From contig JBHGBC010000075.1 in NCBI GenBank assembly GCA_041946805.1, forward strand, positions 1 through 28,055: a stretch of 28,055 nucleotides of DNA, in the 5' to 3' direction. A model generated the notes under the pieces. That model made no database searches. It saw only the letters and a program-made list of their open reading frames with translations, and was not told the DNA's origin. Of the stretch, positions 10,301 through 16,683 are shown one piece after another (the first letter of the stretch is position 1; each line of letters starts with the position of its first letter). The position numbers and the translations under genes were made by a program. Source of the DNA: a bacterium. Lineage in GTDB: Bacteria > Hinthialibacterota > Hinthialibacteria > Hinthialibacterales > Hinthialibacteraceae.

Positions 10301-13300
10301 TGCCTTCGCACAAATTCTCGGCGAAGAGGATTTGGGCTTTTTGAGCCATTGATTCATCCGACAGGGGAAGGAAGATCCCCAGACGGCCGGTGTCCGCGCA
10401 ATCCCGGATCTGGATGGGAATGGGTTTGCCCGTGACGTCCACGGGCGCCTGGACCCGCACGAGCCCCATCGCCGCGGTTTGCGTTTCCGATTCGCCGGTG
10501 AAATACGCGCTGGGCTCCACGCAGCCTTCCGCCGCCGGAGGCAGCGTGGCGGTGGGCGTCACCGTGGGTGTGGGGCGTACGGTCGGTTTACCGGTCGGCG
10601 TGGGCGTGGGCAGGAAGGGTCCATACGTTTGCCGGATGACGCCCAGAAACACCGATCCGGTGGGCGGATTGGCGTCGCCGATGAACGCGGGGAAGCCGTC
10701 GTTGGGTCCCACCGCGGTTGCCACATCCAGCACCGCCGCGCCGTCGAACGTCACCTTGACGATGCGGTAGCGGCTTTCGGGAGCGGATTTTTGGGCGATG
10801 AATTGCCGGCCTTGCATTTCGATATACGCGCCGGTTCCGAACACCAGTTCCTGTCCGGTTTCCGGATTGCCGTCGAATTCGCCCGCGGCCACGCTCACCA
10901 TGCCGGAGGGATTGACCGCGTCGCGGAAGACGTTGAAGACGGCCCGGCCCGTGGCGCGGCGGAAGCCAATGACCTGCCCGTTCTCCACCACCGGGATGAT
11001 GACGGAGACCAGGTTCAGGGGCACCGTGTCGCGGTCATCGCCGAAGTTTTTCAGGTTGCCCATGCTGGCGGCGATGATCTCGTTCCAGCCATCGCCATTC
11101 AAATCGGCCACCGCCAGGCTGACCCCGCCATGGCCTTGGAATTTTGCCGGGAATCCGGTGAACGGAGTCCGCTTGGCGATGCCGCCTTTCTCGTTGATGT
11201 CCAGCGCGTGGAAAATGGTCTTCGAGGTGGGGCCGTTCATCTGGCCGACGAGCAGTTCATCCCGCCCGTCGTTGTCCAGGTCGCCCGCCGCCAGGGTCAT
11301 GCCGATATTGACCGTGAGCGTAACGCCGCTGACGGTCTGATGGATCAAGTTGTCGGGCAGGCCGTTGAATTGCCCCACGACTGACCAGGCGTTGGGCGCC
11401 GGCTGGCCGGTGTATTGATACAACCGGATGATCCCGTTGCCGCCGCGTCCCTGGGCCGCCGCGATCTGCGGCAGTCCCGATCCGGTGAAGTTGCCCACCG
11501 CCGTCCGGACATCCCCGCCGTTGTATTGCACCGGCGTGTCCGAGCCGGAAGGGAACGCCACGAACGAATGCCCCAGCACTTCCCGCGTCTCCGCGTTCCG
11601 CGCGACCAGAATGTTGGGGAAGAGGGCGTCTCCCAGAATGGGACCCAGCGTGATCACCACTTCCGGCGAGCCGTCGTTGTCCAAATCGCCGCTGGACAGG
11701 AACGTGGGACGCCCGTCGCCGCCGCCGATCTTCTCCAGGAATGATCCGGCCGCTCCGCTGAAGGAACGCAGAACCGAAGTCAGCGGGCCGGCGTCGGGAT
11801 CGAAGTTCTTGATGTTGATGATGGTGCGGCCGCCCCAGCCCTGCGCCAGGATCAGTTTGTCGAAGAACCGGATGAATGGCTTCCGCGTGGCGGTCGGCGT
11901 GGGGGTGGGTCTCGTGATGCCAATGGTGGGAGTGGCCGTTGCCGCGGGTCCGCCCGGATAGTTGCCGGGATCGTTGGGATTGGTATGCTGTGTCAACTCC
12001 ACGTTGTCGTCGAATCCGTCTCCGTCTGTGTCTTTCTTCCAGGGATCCGTGCCCGCTGTCTGCTCCTGCAGGTTGGTCAGGGTATCCCCGTCCGGATCTT
12101 CCTTGTCATCGGAGATTCCGTTGCGGTCCGAATCCTTCTCATAGGGATTGGTGTTCGACTTGTACAATTCGAACAGGTCCGTCAGCCCGTCCCCGTCGTT
12201 GTCGGGATCCGCGCTGTTCTTGAGGCCGTCCCCGTCCGGATCTTCATCGGGGACCAGCCGGACGGAGTCGTTGTACAGGACCGATTCGTTCCCCGCCGCG
12301 TCCCGGAATTTTGCGTACACGTAGGCGAAATTGCCCTTGGAATTGGGCTGGATCACCCAGTTTTGCACCACGGGCGCGATGGCCTTCCAGGCGGCGCCGG
12401 ATTGCGGCGCGTCGTTGCTGATCCGCATCTCCTTCGCGTCGTCGCTGGTGTCGAGGTCCAACTTGACCTGCAGGGAATCGGCCAGCCCCGCGCCGTTGTT
12501 GATCTTGATCCATCCCTTGGGCGGCACGGGATCATCCTTGGCCGTTCCCGCGAACACCCGCGAGGGGGCGCTGAGCGCGCCGGATTCGCCCTCGGCCACG
12601 ATTTGGTAATAATACGTCTTCCCGTTGGTCAGCCCTTCATCGGGCCAGACGCCGTTCTTGACGTCTCCCACGTCCAGCACCTTGAATTCCACCAGGTTGT
12701 TCGGGGAGTCGCCGCGGAAGATGTGAATCCGCCGGTACGCCTTGGACAAGGGGAAATAGACCAGGTTCGTCTTGGGCTGGGGAATCTGGCTGGGAATGTC
12801 GATCACCACGTCCACCACGCCGCAGTCGATGGGCCGCGGCAGCTGGTCGTCCCGGGGATCGTAGTTGTTCCGGTTGTTTCCCAGTTCCGACCGGTCGTTC
12901 TCGCCGCCGTGATCGCTGTCCGGATCGTTGGGGATCGTGCCGTTCACGTATTCATCCAGGTTGGGCAGCTGGTCCTGGTCCAAATCGCCCTTGGCGTCAT
13001 CCACGAGCGGATTGAGGCCGTACAGGTTTTCCCAGCGGCTGGGCATGCCGTCCTTGTCGGGATCGGGATCCAGATCTTTCCGGTCGAAGAAGTCGAAGAA
13101 CTCGTAGACTTGGAATCCGCCCTTGGTGAGGCGGATGAACCGCTTGCCTTTCGAGTCCTCGCCCGTGGCGTTCACCAGGACCAGGTAACTGCCGTTTTGC
13201 CCGTCGGCCGTCAGGTTGTCCGCCACGCCGTACTGGCTGGCCATCGTGGTCCGGCGGAACACGCCGTAAAAGATGCCGTCTCCCGCCCGGCTGTCCCCGT

Positions 13301-16037
13301 TTAGGCCGTCATCGAAGAGGGGAACCTGTTCCACGCGCCCATCCGGCGAGTAGACGTGGGCCAGGACTTCCGCCCGGACGATCGGCCCGCCGATATCGGC
13401 GAGGGTCACTTCGATGGGCATGGGCAGCCCGCGCAGAAAGAGGGCATTGATGATCCGCTGCTTATCTTCCAGTTTGGGGATTTCCTGATGGGCCGGGAAG
13501 CGCAGCCGGATCCGCAGGCCGTTGCCCGCCTGGCCCGACAACATGGCGATGAAATCGGTCTCTTCTTGAGCGGTCAAGCGCAAGCTCCAGGGGCCCGGAT
13601 CCAATTTGTCCATGTGGAAGACGATGTGATTTCCGGACGTGAAAATCCGCACGCCGGGCTGGCCGTCGTTGACCGTGGAGCCATCGGGACGGCGCAGCTC
13701 CGCCTTCACATCCGCTTTGGCATTCGACCAGAAGACGGCCAGCGCGGCCTGGGTGATGCCCTCCTCGTCCACCGTGAAGGGAATGTTTTGCGTCACGCCC
13801 GCCGGCAGGACGCCGGCATTCTCCCAGATCCGGCTTTGGCCGTTGACGAATTCATGGGACAACTTGTAGACGTCCGCCAGCCGGACAGGATAATCCAAGT
13901 TGGTGTAATCCACGGCTTGCGCGGCCAGCGTGGGACCGCCGGGGGCCCTGCGCTTGGCGGAGGCGCCGAGGTTCAAATCGACATAGTAATAGAAGCCATC
14001 GGTTTCCAGGGCGATGTCCTGCATCAGCGCCTGATCGGACGTGGGACCGAGGGCGATGGAAATCACATGCGTGCCGGCGTTTTTGATCCGGCTCTTGACG
14101 CTGGGGCTGCTTTCCCAATACCGCGCCTCGTTCTCCATGCCGTCGCTCAACAGGACGATGAAGGGAATGGCGTCGGGAATGGGAGACGCGTCCAGTTCAT
14201 TCTGCGCATTGTTCAAGCCGTCGCCGATCGAGGTCAGCACCGAAGGCCCGGCGATGGAAATGGAGGAGACGGCCGTGCGGATCGCGTTGCGGTTGGGTCC
14301 CACCTCCCGCAGCGTGAGTCGGGTGGTGGCGTCCTCGTTGGGCTCGGTATTGTCTCCACCGAACGAAACCACGGCCATTTGATCGTTGTCCGGCGCGCTG
14401 TCGGCGTACATCAACGCCGCCGCCTTGGCCGCGTCGATCTTGGGATAATCCTCGGGATCCAGCATGCTGCCCGAGCCGTCCACGACGATGACTTCATCGC
14501 GTTGGATCTTGGCGTAGATCACCGCGCTTTCCTGGGTGGCGCTGAGGTCGCCCAGCTTGACCTGCAGGTTGTAGAAGGGCCCTCCCGAGGTCTGTTTCGG
14601 GGCTTGGACAAGCAGCCAGAACTCCCCTTGCACATACGATCCGCTGACCACCGTGGCGTCCTGCACTCCCACCTTGGCGGTGAAGTCGTCGGCTTGCAAT
14701 CCCCAAACCGTGCCGCCGCCCAGGTCCGCCGGTCCGGTCACCTGCATCCGGGCGATGAATTTATCCGGATTGTCCGGCTCGCCCACGTAGGCCAGGCGGG
14801 TGAAGGTCGGCTCGACGATGCTCATCGTCACTTCGCCCGCCGCGAAGGTGTAGGAGTAGTCCGCGCCGCTGTCGAGACCCGCCACGACGGCCGCGATTTC
14901 GGTCAGTGGGGTCTTGCGGGAATTGAAGAACGACCGGGCGTATTCGGTTCCCACGCCGCGGTGCAGGCTGATCACCTTGCCCGAGCGGATGGCCATGACC
15001 GAATAGGCCGCGCGGTTGCCCGTGGATTTGAATCCGACCACCTGGCCCGCGGTGTTCGCCGCCGGCTCGCCGATGTAATATTTCGCCGCGTAGTCGTTCA
15101 CGTGGGCCGCCGTGGGGCCGATGGTGGGGGGAAAGGCCTTCCGCAAGTGCGTCTGGACGTCCGGATACGCCGCCGCGTCATCGTCGATGTAGCGGTACCG
15201 GACGGCGTTGGCGATGGAACTGAGGTCCAGGTCTTTCGTGTAACTGGCCACGGCGAAATCCCGGAACAGGTCATCCAGTGAACGCGAGGATGTGAAATGG
15301 CTGATCATCCGCTTGATCGCGCCGAGGCTGTCCGGGCTTTCCCCGTCCGTCTCTTCCCAGAACCGCCGGATCACGTCCACGCCGTATTCCGGCTCCGTGT
15401 GCACGGTCCCCAATTGCTCGCACAGGTATTGCCAGAACAGGCAGGCGGAATACGACTGGTCCACCAGCCGCACGTCGGTTTGGGCCATGTAGTTGCTGAT
15501 CTCCCCCCAGAAGGTGAGCATCCCGCCGTCGGCGTCCAGGTCGTTCCACAGCTTGTCCTGCATCAACCGCGCGGTGCCTTCGACCGTCCACCGCCCCCAG
15601 CTGGGCCAATCGTTGAAATTGATATAGTGGTATTGGGTGTGATGAAAATGCTCGTGATCGGTCACGGCCCGCAGGCTGGGCTCATTGCGCCCCCGCAGGC
15701 TGGGTGAATCCAGGGTGATGCTTCCTTCCGGCGCGGCCCCGATGTTCTGCGAGTCGTACATGTGGACCTCGCCCGGCGAGTACGAAAAATGGGGCGTGCC
15801 GAATCCCAGCCCGGTGATCCGGGTCACGAAGGGATCCATGGTATCAGCCACGTCGTTGGCCTCGGCGTCGGCCATGACATCCACGGTGTTGTTCGGGTCA
15901 TTCGTGTAATAAATCTCATAGCCGTTGCCGGGCGTGGTGATCATGTCATCCAAGTCACCGGGTTCGTGACCGGCGAAGACCACCAGCGACAACAACATGA
16001 AAAAGGCCAGCACATAAGAGGATCGCGGCATGTTCAT
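1380..16037 (-). CDS. Giant (4885 aa) secreted multidomain protein: Zn-metallopeptidase + vWA + FG-GAP + peptidase C25 (gingipain-like) + repeated Cys-rich and beta-helix modules
   Basis: Uninterrupted ORF with a hydrophobic N-terminal signal (YVLAFFMLLSLVVFAG) and purine-rich upstream sequence (AGAAGGTACGGGAAG-ATG). Motifs: HEHFH (aa128-132) with WTVEGTA (E153); DGSGS (aa520-524); LFDDGLNGDSRAGDGIF; DxDxDG repeats; GDLDNDG-type repeats; YVLIIGD, VGRL, RGHG, IACQNG, LLGDP; paired LWVDDDN...DMGAxGG beta-helix blocks; PT linkers. Confidence 0.95.
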   Translation of the reverse strand: MNMPRSSYVLAFFMLLSLVVFAGHEPGDLDDMITTPGNGYEIYYTNDPNNTVDVMADAEANDVADTMDPFVTRITGLGFGTPHFSYSPGEVHMYDSQNIGAAPEGSITLDSPSLRGRNEPSLRAVTDHEHFHHTQYHYINFNDWPSWGRWTVEGTARLMQDKLWNDLDADGGMLTFWGEISNYMAQTDVRLVDQSYSACLFWQYLCEQLGTVHTEPEYGVDVIRRFWEETDGESPDSLGAIKRMISHFTSSRSLDDLFRDFAVASYTKDLDLSSIANAVRYRYIDDDAAAYPDVQTHLRKAFPPTIGPTAAHVNDYAAKYYIGEPAANTAGQVVGFKSTGNRAAYSVMAIRSGKVISLHRGVGTEYARSFFNSRKTPLTEIAAVVAGLDSGADYSYTFAAGEVTMSIVEPTFTRLAYVGEPDNPDKFIARMQVTGPADLGGGTVWGLQADDFTAKVGVQDATVVSGSYVQGEFWLLVQAPKQTSGGPFYNLQVKLGDLSATQESAVIYAKIQRDEVIVVDGSGSMLDPEDYPKIDAAKAAALMYADSAPDNDQMAVVSFGGDNTEPNEDATTRLTLREVGPNRNAIRTAVSSISIAGPSVLTSIGDGLNNAQNELDASPIPDAIPFIVLLSDGMENEARYWESSPSVKSRIKNAGTHVISIALGPTSDQALMQDIALETDGFYYYVDLNLGASAKRRAPGGPTLAAQAVDYTNLDYPVRLADVYKLSHEFVNGQSRIWENAGVLPAGVTQNIPFTVDEEGITQAALAVFWSNAKADVKAELRRPDGSTVNDGQPGVRIFTSGNHIVFHMDKLDPGPWSLRLTAQEETDFIAMLSGQAGNGLRIRLRFPAHQEIPKLEDKQRIINALFLRGLPMPIEVTLADIGGPIVRAEVLAHVYSPDGRVEQVPLFDDGLNGDSRAGDGIFYGVFRRTTMASQYGVADNLTADGQNGSYLVLVNATGEDSKGKRFIRLTKGGFQVYEFFDFFDRKDLDPDPDKDGMPSRWENLYGLNPLVDDAKGDLDQDQLPNLDEYVNGTIPNDPDSDHGGENDRSELGNNRNNYDPRDDQLPRPIDCGVVDVVIDIPSQIPQPKTNLVYFPLSKAYRRIHIFRGDSPNNLVEFKVLDVGDVKNGVWPDEGLTNGKTYYYQIVAEGESGALSAPSRVFAGTAKDDPVPPKGWIKINNGAGLADSLQVKLDLDTSDDAKEMRISNDAPQSGAAWKAIAPVVQNWVIQPNSKGNFAYVYAKFRDAAGNESVLYNDSVRLVPDEDPDGDGLKNSADPDNDGDGLTDLFELYKSNTNPYEKDSDRNGISDDKEDPDGDTLTNLQEQTAGTDPWKKDTDGDGFDDNVELTQHTNPNDPGNYPGGPAATATPTIGITRPTPTPTATRKPFIRFFDKLILAQGWGGRTIINIKNFDPDAGPLTSVLRSFSGAAGSFLEKIGGGDGRPTFLSSGDLDNDGSPEVVITLGPILGDALFPNILVARNAETREVLGHSFVAFPSGSDTPVQYNGGDVRTAVGNFTGSGLPQIAAAQGRGGNGIIRLYQYTGQPAPNAWSVVGQFNGLPDNLIHQTVSGVTLTVNIGMTLAAGDLDNDGRDELLVGQMNGPTSKTIFHALDINEKGGIAKRTPFTGFPAKFQGHGGVSLAVADLNGDGWNEIIAASMGNLKNFGDDRDTVPLNLVSVIIPVVENGQVIGFRRATGRAVFNVFRDAVNPSGMVSVAAGEFDGNPETGQELVFGTGAYIEMQGRQFIAQKSAPESRYRIVKVTFDGAAVLDVATAVGPNDGFPAFIGDANPPTGSVFLGVIRQTYGPFLPTPTPTGKPTVRPTPTVTPTATLPPAAEGCVEPSAYFTGESETQTAAMGLVRVQAPVDVTGKPIPIQIRDCADTGRLGIFLPLSDESMAQKAQILFAENLCEGKGPVEVRIDLVCFASATFLAYDNSNALVDSAVTAPGPAQQTLILTSASGIKRITITGAEICILRICWNCSPTQPVAPPTWVPFDPKLEPGSPIHVSVLETNEDRTILRLQIPGYWVSKVNYAGREFSRIDFPDIGELDGQGFEPGAEWYEFPKESSHPPLSKEKYRRALSVRAFQPVFPEELAKQTSFPRTGEEMLRLGIDPSGARPRIPVLAGILAVNSKTNRDSIVFTAQTAGVNAVNLPFPLVPAGFEGLDQTQEESRYGYTPPELVDETFYSDFKGEYTGPERNLSDITHAGAFSGLELRTPLVKAVSPKVVQIASTIDIEVLHPGGVLGDLILDFPCPIAWDSWIFKLPFINGEALRESLTAKGIRIEASRSAHYLILTPSKYESQLTDLINFKRSKGLFVDVVTVGAGADVAADRNAIDAYIEDYFKEHYCKGVYVLIIGDVDEVPAGRTSRIDASPDFSDADSDHVYEVIGSDRFPSLYVGRLSCNSADELQFQLNKILSYEQGFAFGTWPSTATLCANSQNDDGCLGVCSSHPSKYAAAVNEIASYGAYTNPPTFEVFHAGAKTSATPRAINQDVIDAINEGRGQVLYRGHGDTSSWVAGWDGSSSYGNDFDMTNELPLLDNSVYPIIYSIACQNGRIKTSDCIGEAWMNRAAGAVAHWGASVNSYTTENHNRAKGVFRAIYDSNFTRLSPALAEAEQISWNLTGDSGSWDNNTFCYILLGDPELTIRRYGIVFTGPIKVILEAYELGTLLRLVGENGQPVAGALLNLALSDDSSVNGITSEDGVLILPDVPSGKVLKVDIHAERYRWQEFIPSFLPTPSPTPRITPTPTTGLGEKQCVEAGDVYTTPAANLSSVNLGWVEFFAAVQPDGTQALLSVEECSRDSALDVFIPGPDAGALRKARMVFSANVCQGQAPQTVEVTLMTLSPGTLYARDDGGAIVDTAAVVLPVGAAPGVQTLTLESPTGIRWIEIEGGDICVLRVCWTCGPVTRPTPTLPPGKECVEAGDVYTAPQLDVPMINLGAVAITQAYTAAGGPVPISVTDCSGDGRLDVSVPWSEATAVQKARIRLSPNLCGGLAPQQVEVVLMHGNYCILTAFDEGGAIVDSAAAAAGPAVQTLTLTSPSGIREIEIDGSEICILRVCWVCRIIGIPTPTSTKVERPTPTPTNTLVQRPTPTPTRGLGEKECVEASDVYTTPAVDIPRVNLGWVEITQALLATGAPVPLSVIDCSGDHQLDISIPWSEATAAQKARITFSGNVCRGKAPQFVEVVLLHAASCTLYAYDDANNLVDTATASPDPVVQTLTLGSSSGIRTIEVEGAEICILKICWICEFIEVLPTATFTPQTPPTATFTPQLPPTPTKTPTPQEPAWYNIIEISCREAQQHGGAFIFSLIPRTGTSCDPFQCDALASVRVEISCEQCVSQSCEAAVQCLVDQLVSGINQFGNGAWTAIQVGPGLVRIEGPEAFDKCVSGGETGLATGLGWPLTLTCDVNNVCNGITGDERSPYLSGYRFRVIEDPTVALADPLWVDDDNQSGFENGSEAYPFNTIAEAMDAAVNHTIRVRAGTYPESVTLKPGVKLIGAGADSTLIKGSGAGDGISCSGAGADTEVSGFTINGFAAGIHCLNASPKIRENVITNIDLGSTSGDGIRLQNSSPEIRNNVIARVGGMGIRGEGGSAPSIINNTIYDYRYYAGISFASLDIGAVSPVIKNNIIQRGNTLPVGGVLWKTPATPVISYNDVFDPANVTGDTSAYARSDGATWTEMSGGAGALAVDPRFVDALNGYFYLLPISPCIDAGDPDPSYNDNDGSRNDMGAYGGLRIDLGGIAHTGTGFLFTSVGRIPITEIVQDSGNPSFGLADVSAAAASDFSIPQYQDSPFGGYLWLRGLFGAADDVDYYQIIATSEDGSEVFALSDPLVKTLTVIHPDGSTTSTSIQLGPQTLGGVQNLYQLNKTGYWSQQDLRMIWNTGGRNGRYRLDYKAYKQTGPDAVALVNLLPNTYDHVTLWLDNSPLEVAINQVLYANNDPIVECEDITFPHAGSSQLQFDITANHANGFLRYYVLDSYWGHSRFGGRFVYDQYVGSHDAAPPLWPGVNDQLLPPLSPTDLSGNPMAWEDCAYRFYLEAGTRTTDGFVYLQYGTYSVYHSVTSGAVTLVKTGGADGTTRASSTAAAALPEPIDSPRVQTASARPAQLETAALPIIPILPSIRITPVIIPTFSIPPVIKPTPIISGPIIDVTFIPLITAGSFVDEWVNADPDTGGMTKILITRDGNQMTLHAYGNCVPTDCDWGEITVPYTGNPFTAVYDFGFQTRTLTLQMSSAAILEIHDSVVFSGGGGYETDYLLVRRTLWVDDDNNSGVEDGTQTHPYNTIAEGVNAGIRRQIVRVMPGQYQEAVVMKNGLSVLGSGADTTFIDAGGATRAVDCIGIGSDTIFSGFTVRNADLGIYCHTASLTIRENLITEMDLASLAADGIRMDDSSPTIQNNVIFHVGGMGIRAQGNCQPTIVNNTICDYGYYAGISFAALNIGAVAPVIMNNIIVRGNTSPVGGILWRIPAAPVISYNDVYDPANVTGGGSYYAVSDGTTWTEVSGGAGALSADPVFVDAANGYFFLASTSPCIDAGNPAPQYNDNDGTRNDMGAFGGIRYNLGGALGPASGFVFTSIGKIPITEIVKDKAHPAHGLLRVSDSVVSSLHVPKYWDTAFGGALELRGLFGPSDPVDYYQIVAAPYGTSATAALSDPLSKIQFTINPDNTVTTTTVKMGPHTIGGVPNLYLLNKAGYWTFTDLRMIWNTAGLNGKYSVSFKAYRQTGPDSVEEVALPRNTSDRFTIEINNHPVQARIDEITYADGTEIMECEKVTFPHNGNSSLIFTITAWHPDGFLMNYRLNCYWGNNRYGGQFTYDQYTGSHDAAPPVWNGVSGYTLSPLLPLDGNGDIMPWQTCPYNFYLEVWARITDGVQYLVWGTDSIYQSIIAP
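8100..10060 (-). other. Domain: peptidase C25 (gingipain-like) catalytic domain (~8100-9170) preceded by a probable propeptide (~9300-10060)
   Basis: HYLILTP, YVLIIGDVDEVP, SDHVY, LYVGRLS, KILSYE, LYRGHG (His2511, nt 8505-8507), YSIACQNG (Cys2553, nt 8379-8381), IGEAWM, GAVAHWGAS, YILLGDPEL, in the order expected for family C25. Upstream GARPRIP resembles the G-x-P-x-L/I-P propeptide motif. Confidence 0.88.
10640..11865 (-). other. Domain: FG-GAP-like repeat region (probable beta-propeller)
   Basis: Five repeats: SSGDLDNDGSPEVVI, AVGNFTGSGLPQIAA, AAGDLDNDGRDELLV, AVADLNGDGWNEIIA, AAGEFDGNPETGQELVF; PT linkers on both sides. Confidence 0.8.
13970..14500 (-). other. Domain: von Willebrand factor A with MIDAS
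   Basis: VIVVDGSGSM (DxSxS), LTSIGDGL (Thr), VLLSDG (Asp632), then VISIALG...LMQDIALETDGFYYYV. Confidence 0.9.
14840..15970 (-). other. Domain: N-terminal HExxH...E zinc-metallopeptidase-like region (boundaries approximate)
   Basis: HEHFH at 15642-15656, with a downstream Glu in WTVEGTA at 15579-15581; gluzincin-like spacing. Confidence 0.75.
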
Positions 16038-16159
16038 CTTCCCGTACCTTCTTTCTGGATGATTGACAGGGAATTGGTCGATAGGACGCGGCTGAGATGT
16101 GGCTTTTTGAATTCCCCCCTGGACGCCAAAAACATTCGCTACACTTTTGGGCCGATCAG

Positions 16160-16189
16160 CTTATACAACAAAACGGCTTGCAGTGTCAA
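16160..16189 (-). promoter_or_regulatory. Candidate sigma70 promoter of the giant gene
   Basis: Minus strand TTGACA (16189-16184), 18 nt, TATAAG (16165-16160), preceded by A-tracts (16190-16210, UP-element-like). Confidence 0.6.
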
Positions 16190-16683
16190 TTACTTTTTTC
16201 ATTTTTTTTTCAGTAACTTTGACAATGAATCAATTTGGTAAAGTCTTTGAATATACGGATTTGGATTCACTGGAATTCGGGAAGGCAAGACATGGGCGGA
16301 TCCCGGCGGAGATGGCGATTGAAAACAGGATACGAATGTAAATAAATTTACATTTTTGGCGACTTTATGCCTTGCCTTGGAGCAGATCTCGATTTATATT
16401 TTCCAATGACGTTATTTCCGCAAGATTCAAATACCGCATGGATTTTCGTTCTCGAACTACATCGATTTACTCGATTGAATTGGTAATTTATTATAGGCTT
16501 CCCGATAGGTTTCCCGAGTTTTTCTGGTCTGGAATCATTGGATTTTCGCAAATTTTTATGATATATCATATTTCCAGTATTGTATATGTAAATTTGTATA
16601 ATTACATTTTTATCTCATGGTAAATCATGAAAAAGCCCACCGGTAAATCCAGGTGGGCTGGGGAGTCAATTCACGTAGGGATT

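Noticed and set aside
10640..14500. Integrin alpha homolog (vWA + FG-GAP)
   Set aside because: The vWA is not inserted in the propeller but lies ~700 aa away, and there is no TM anchor; both domains are common in bacterial surface proteins.
1380..16037. MARTX/RTX toxin or autotransporter
   Set aside because: No GGxGxD nonapeptide arrays or MARTX repeats, a Sec-type leader is present, and no C-terminal barrel signature or neighbouring T1SS/TPS genes are seen.
16348..16623. Short ORFs on both strands of the AT-rich block
   Set aside because: No convincing RBS or motif and atypical composition; more likely non-coding.
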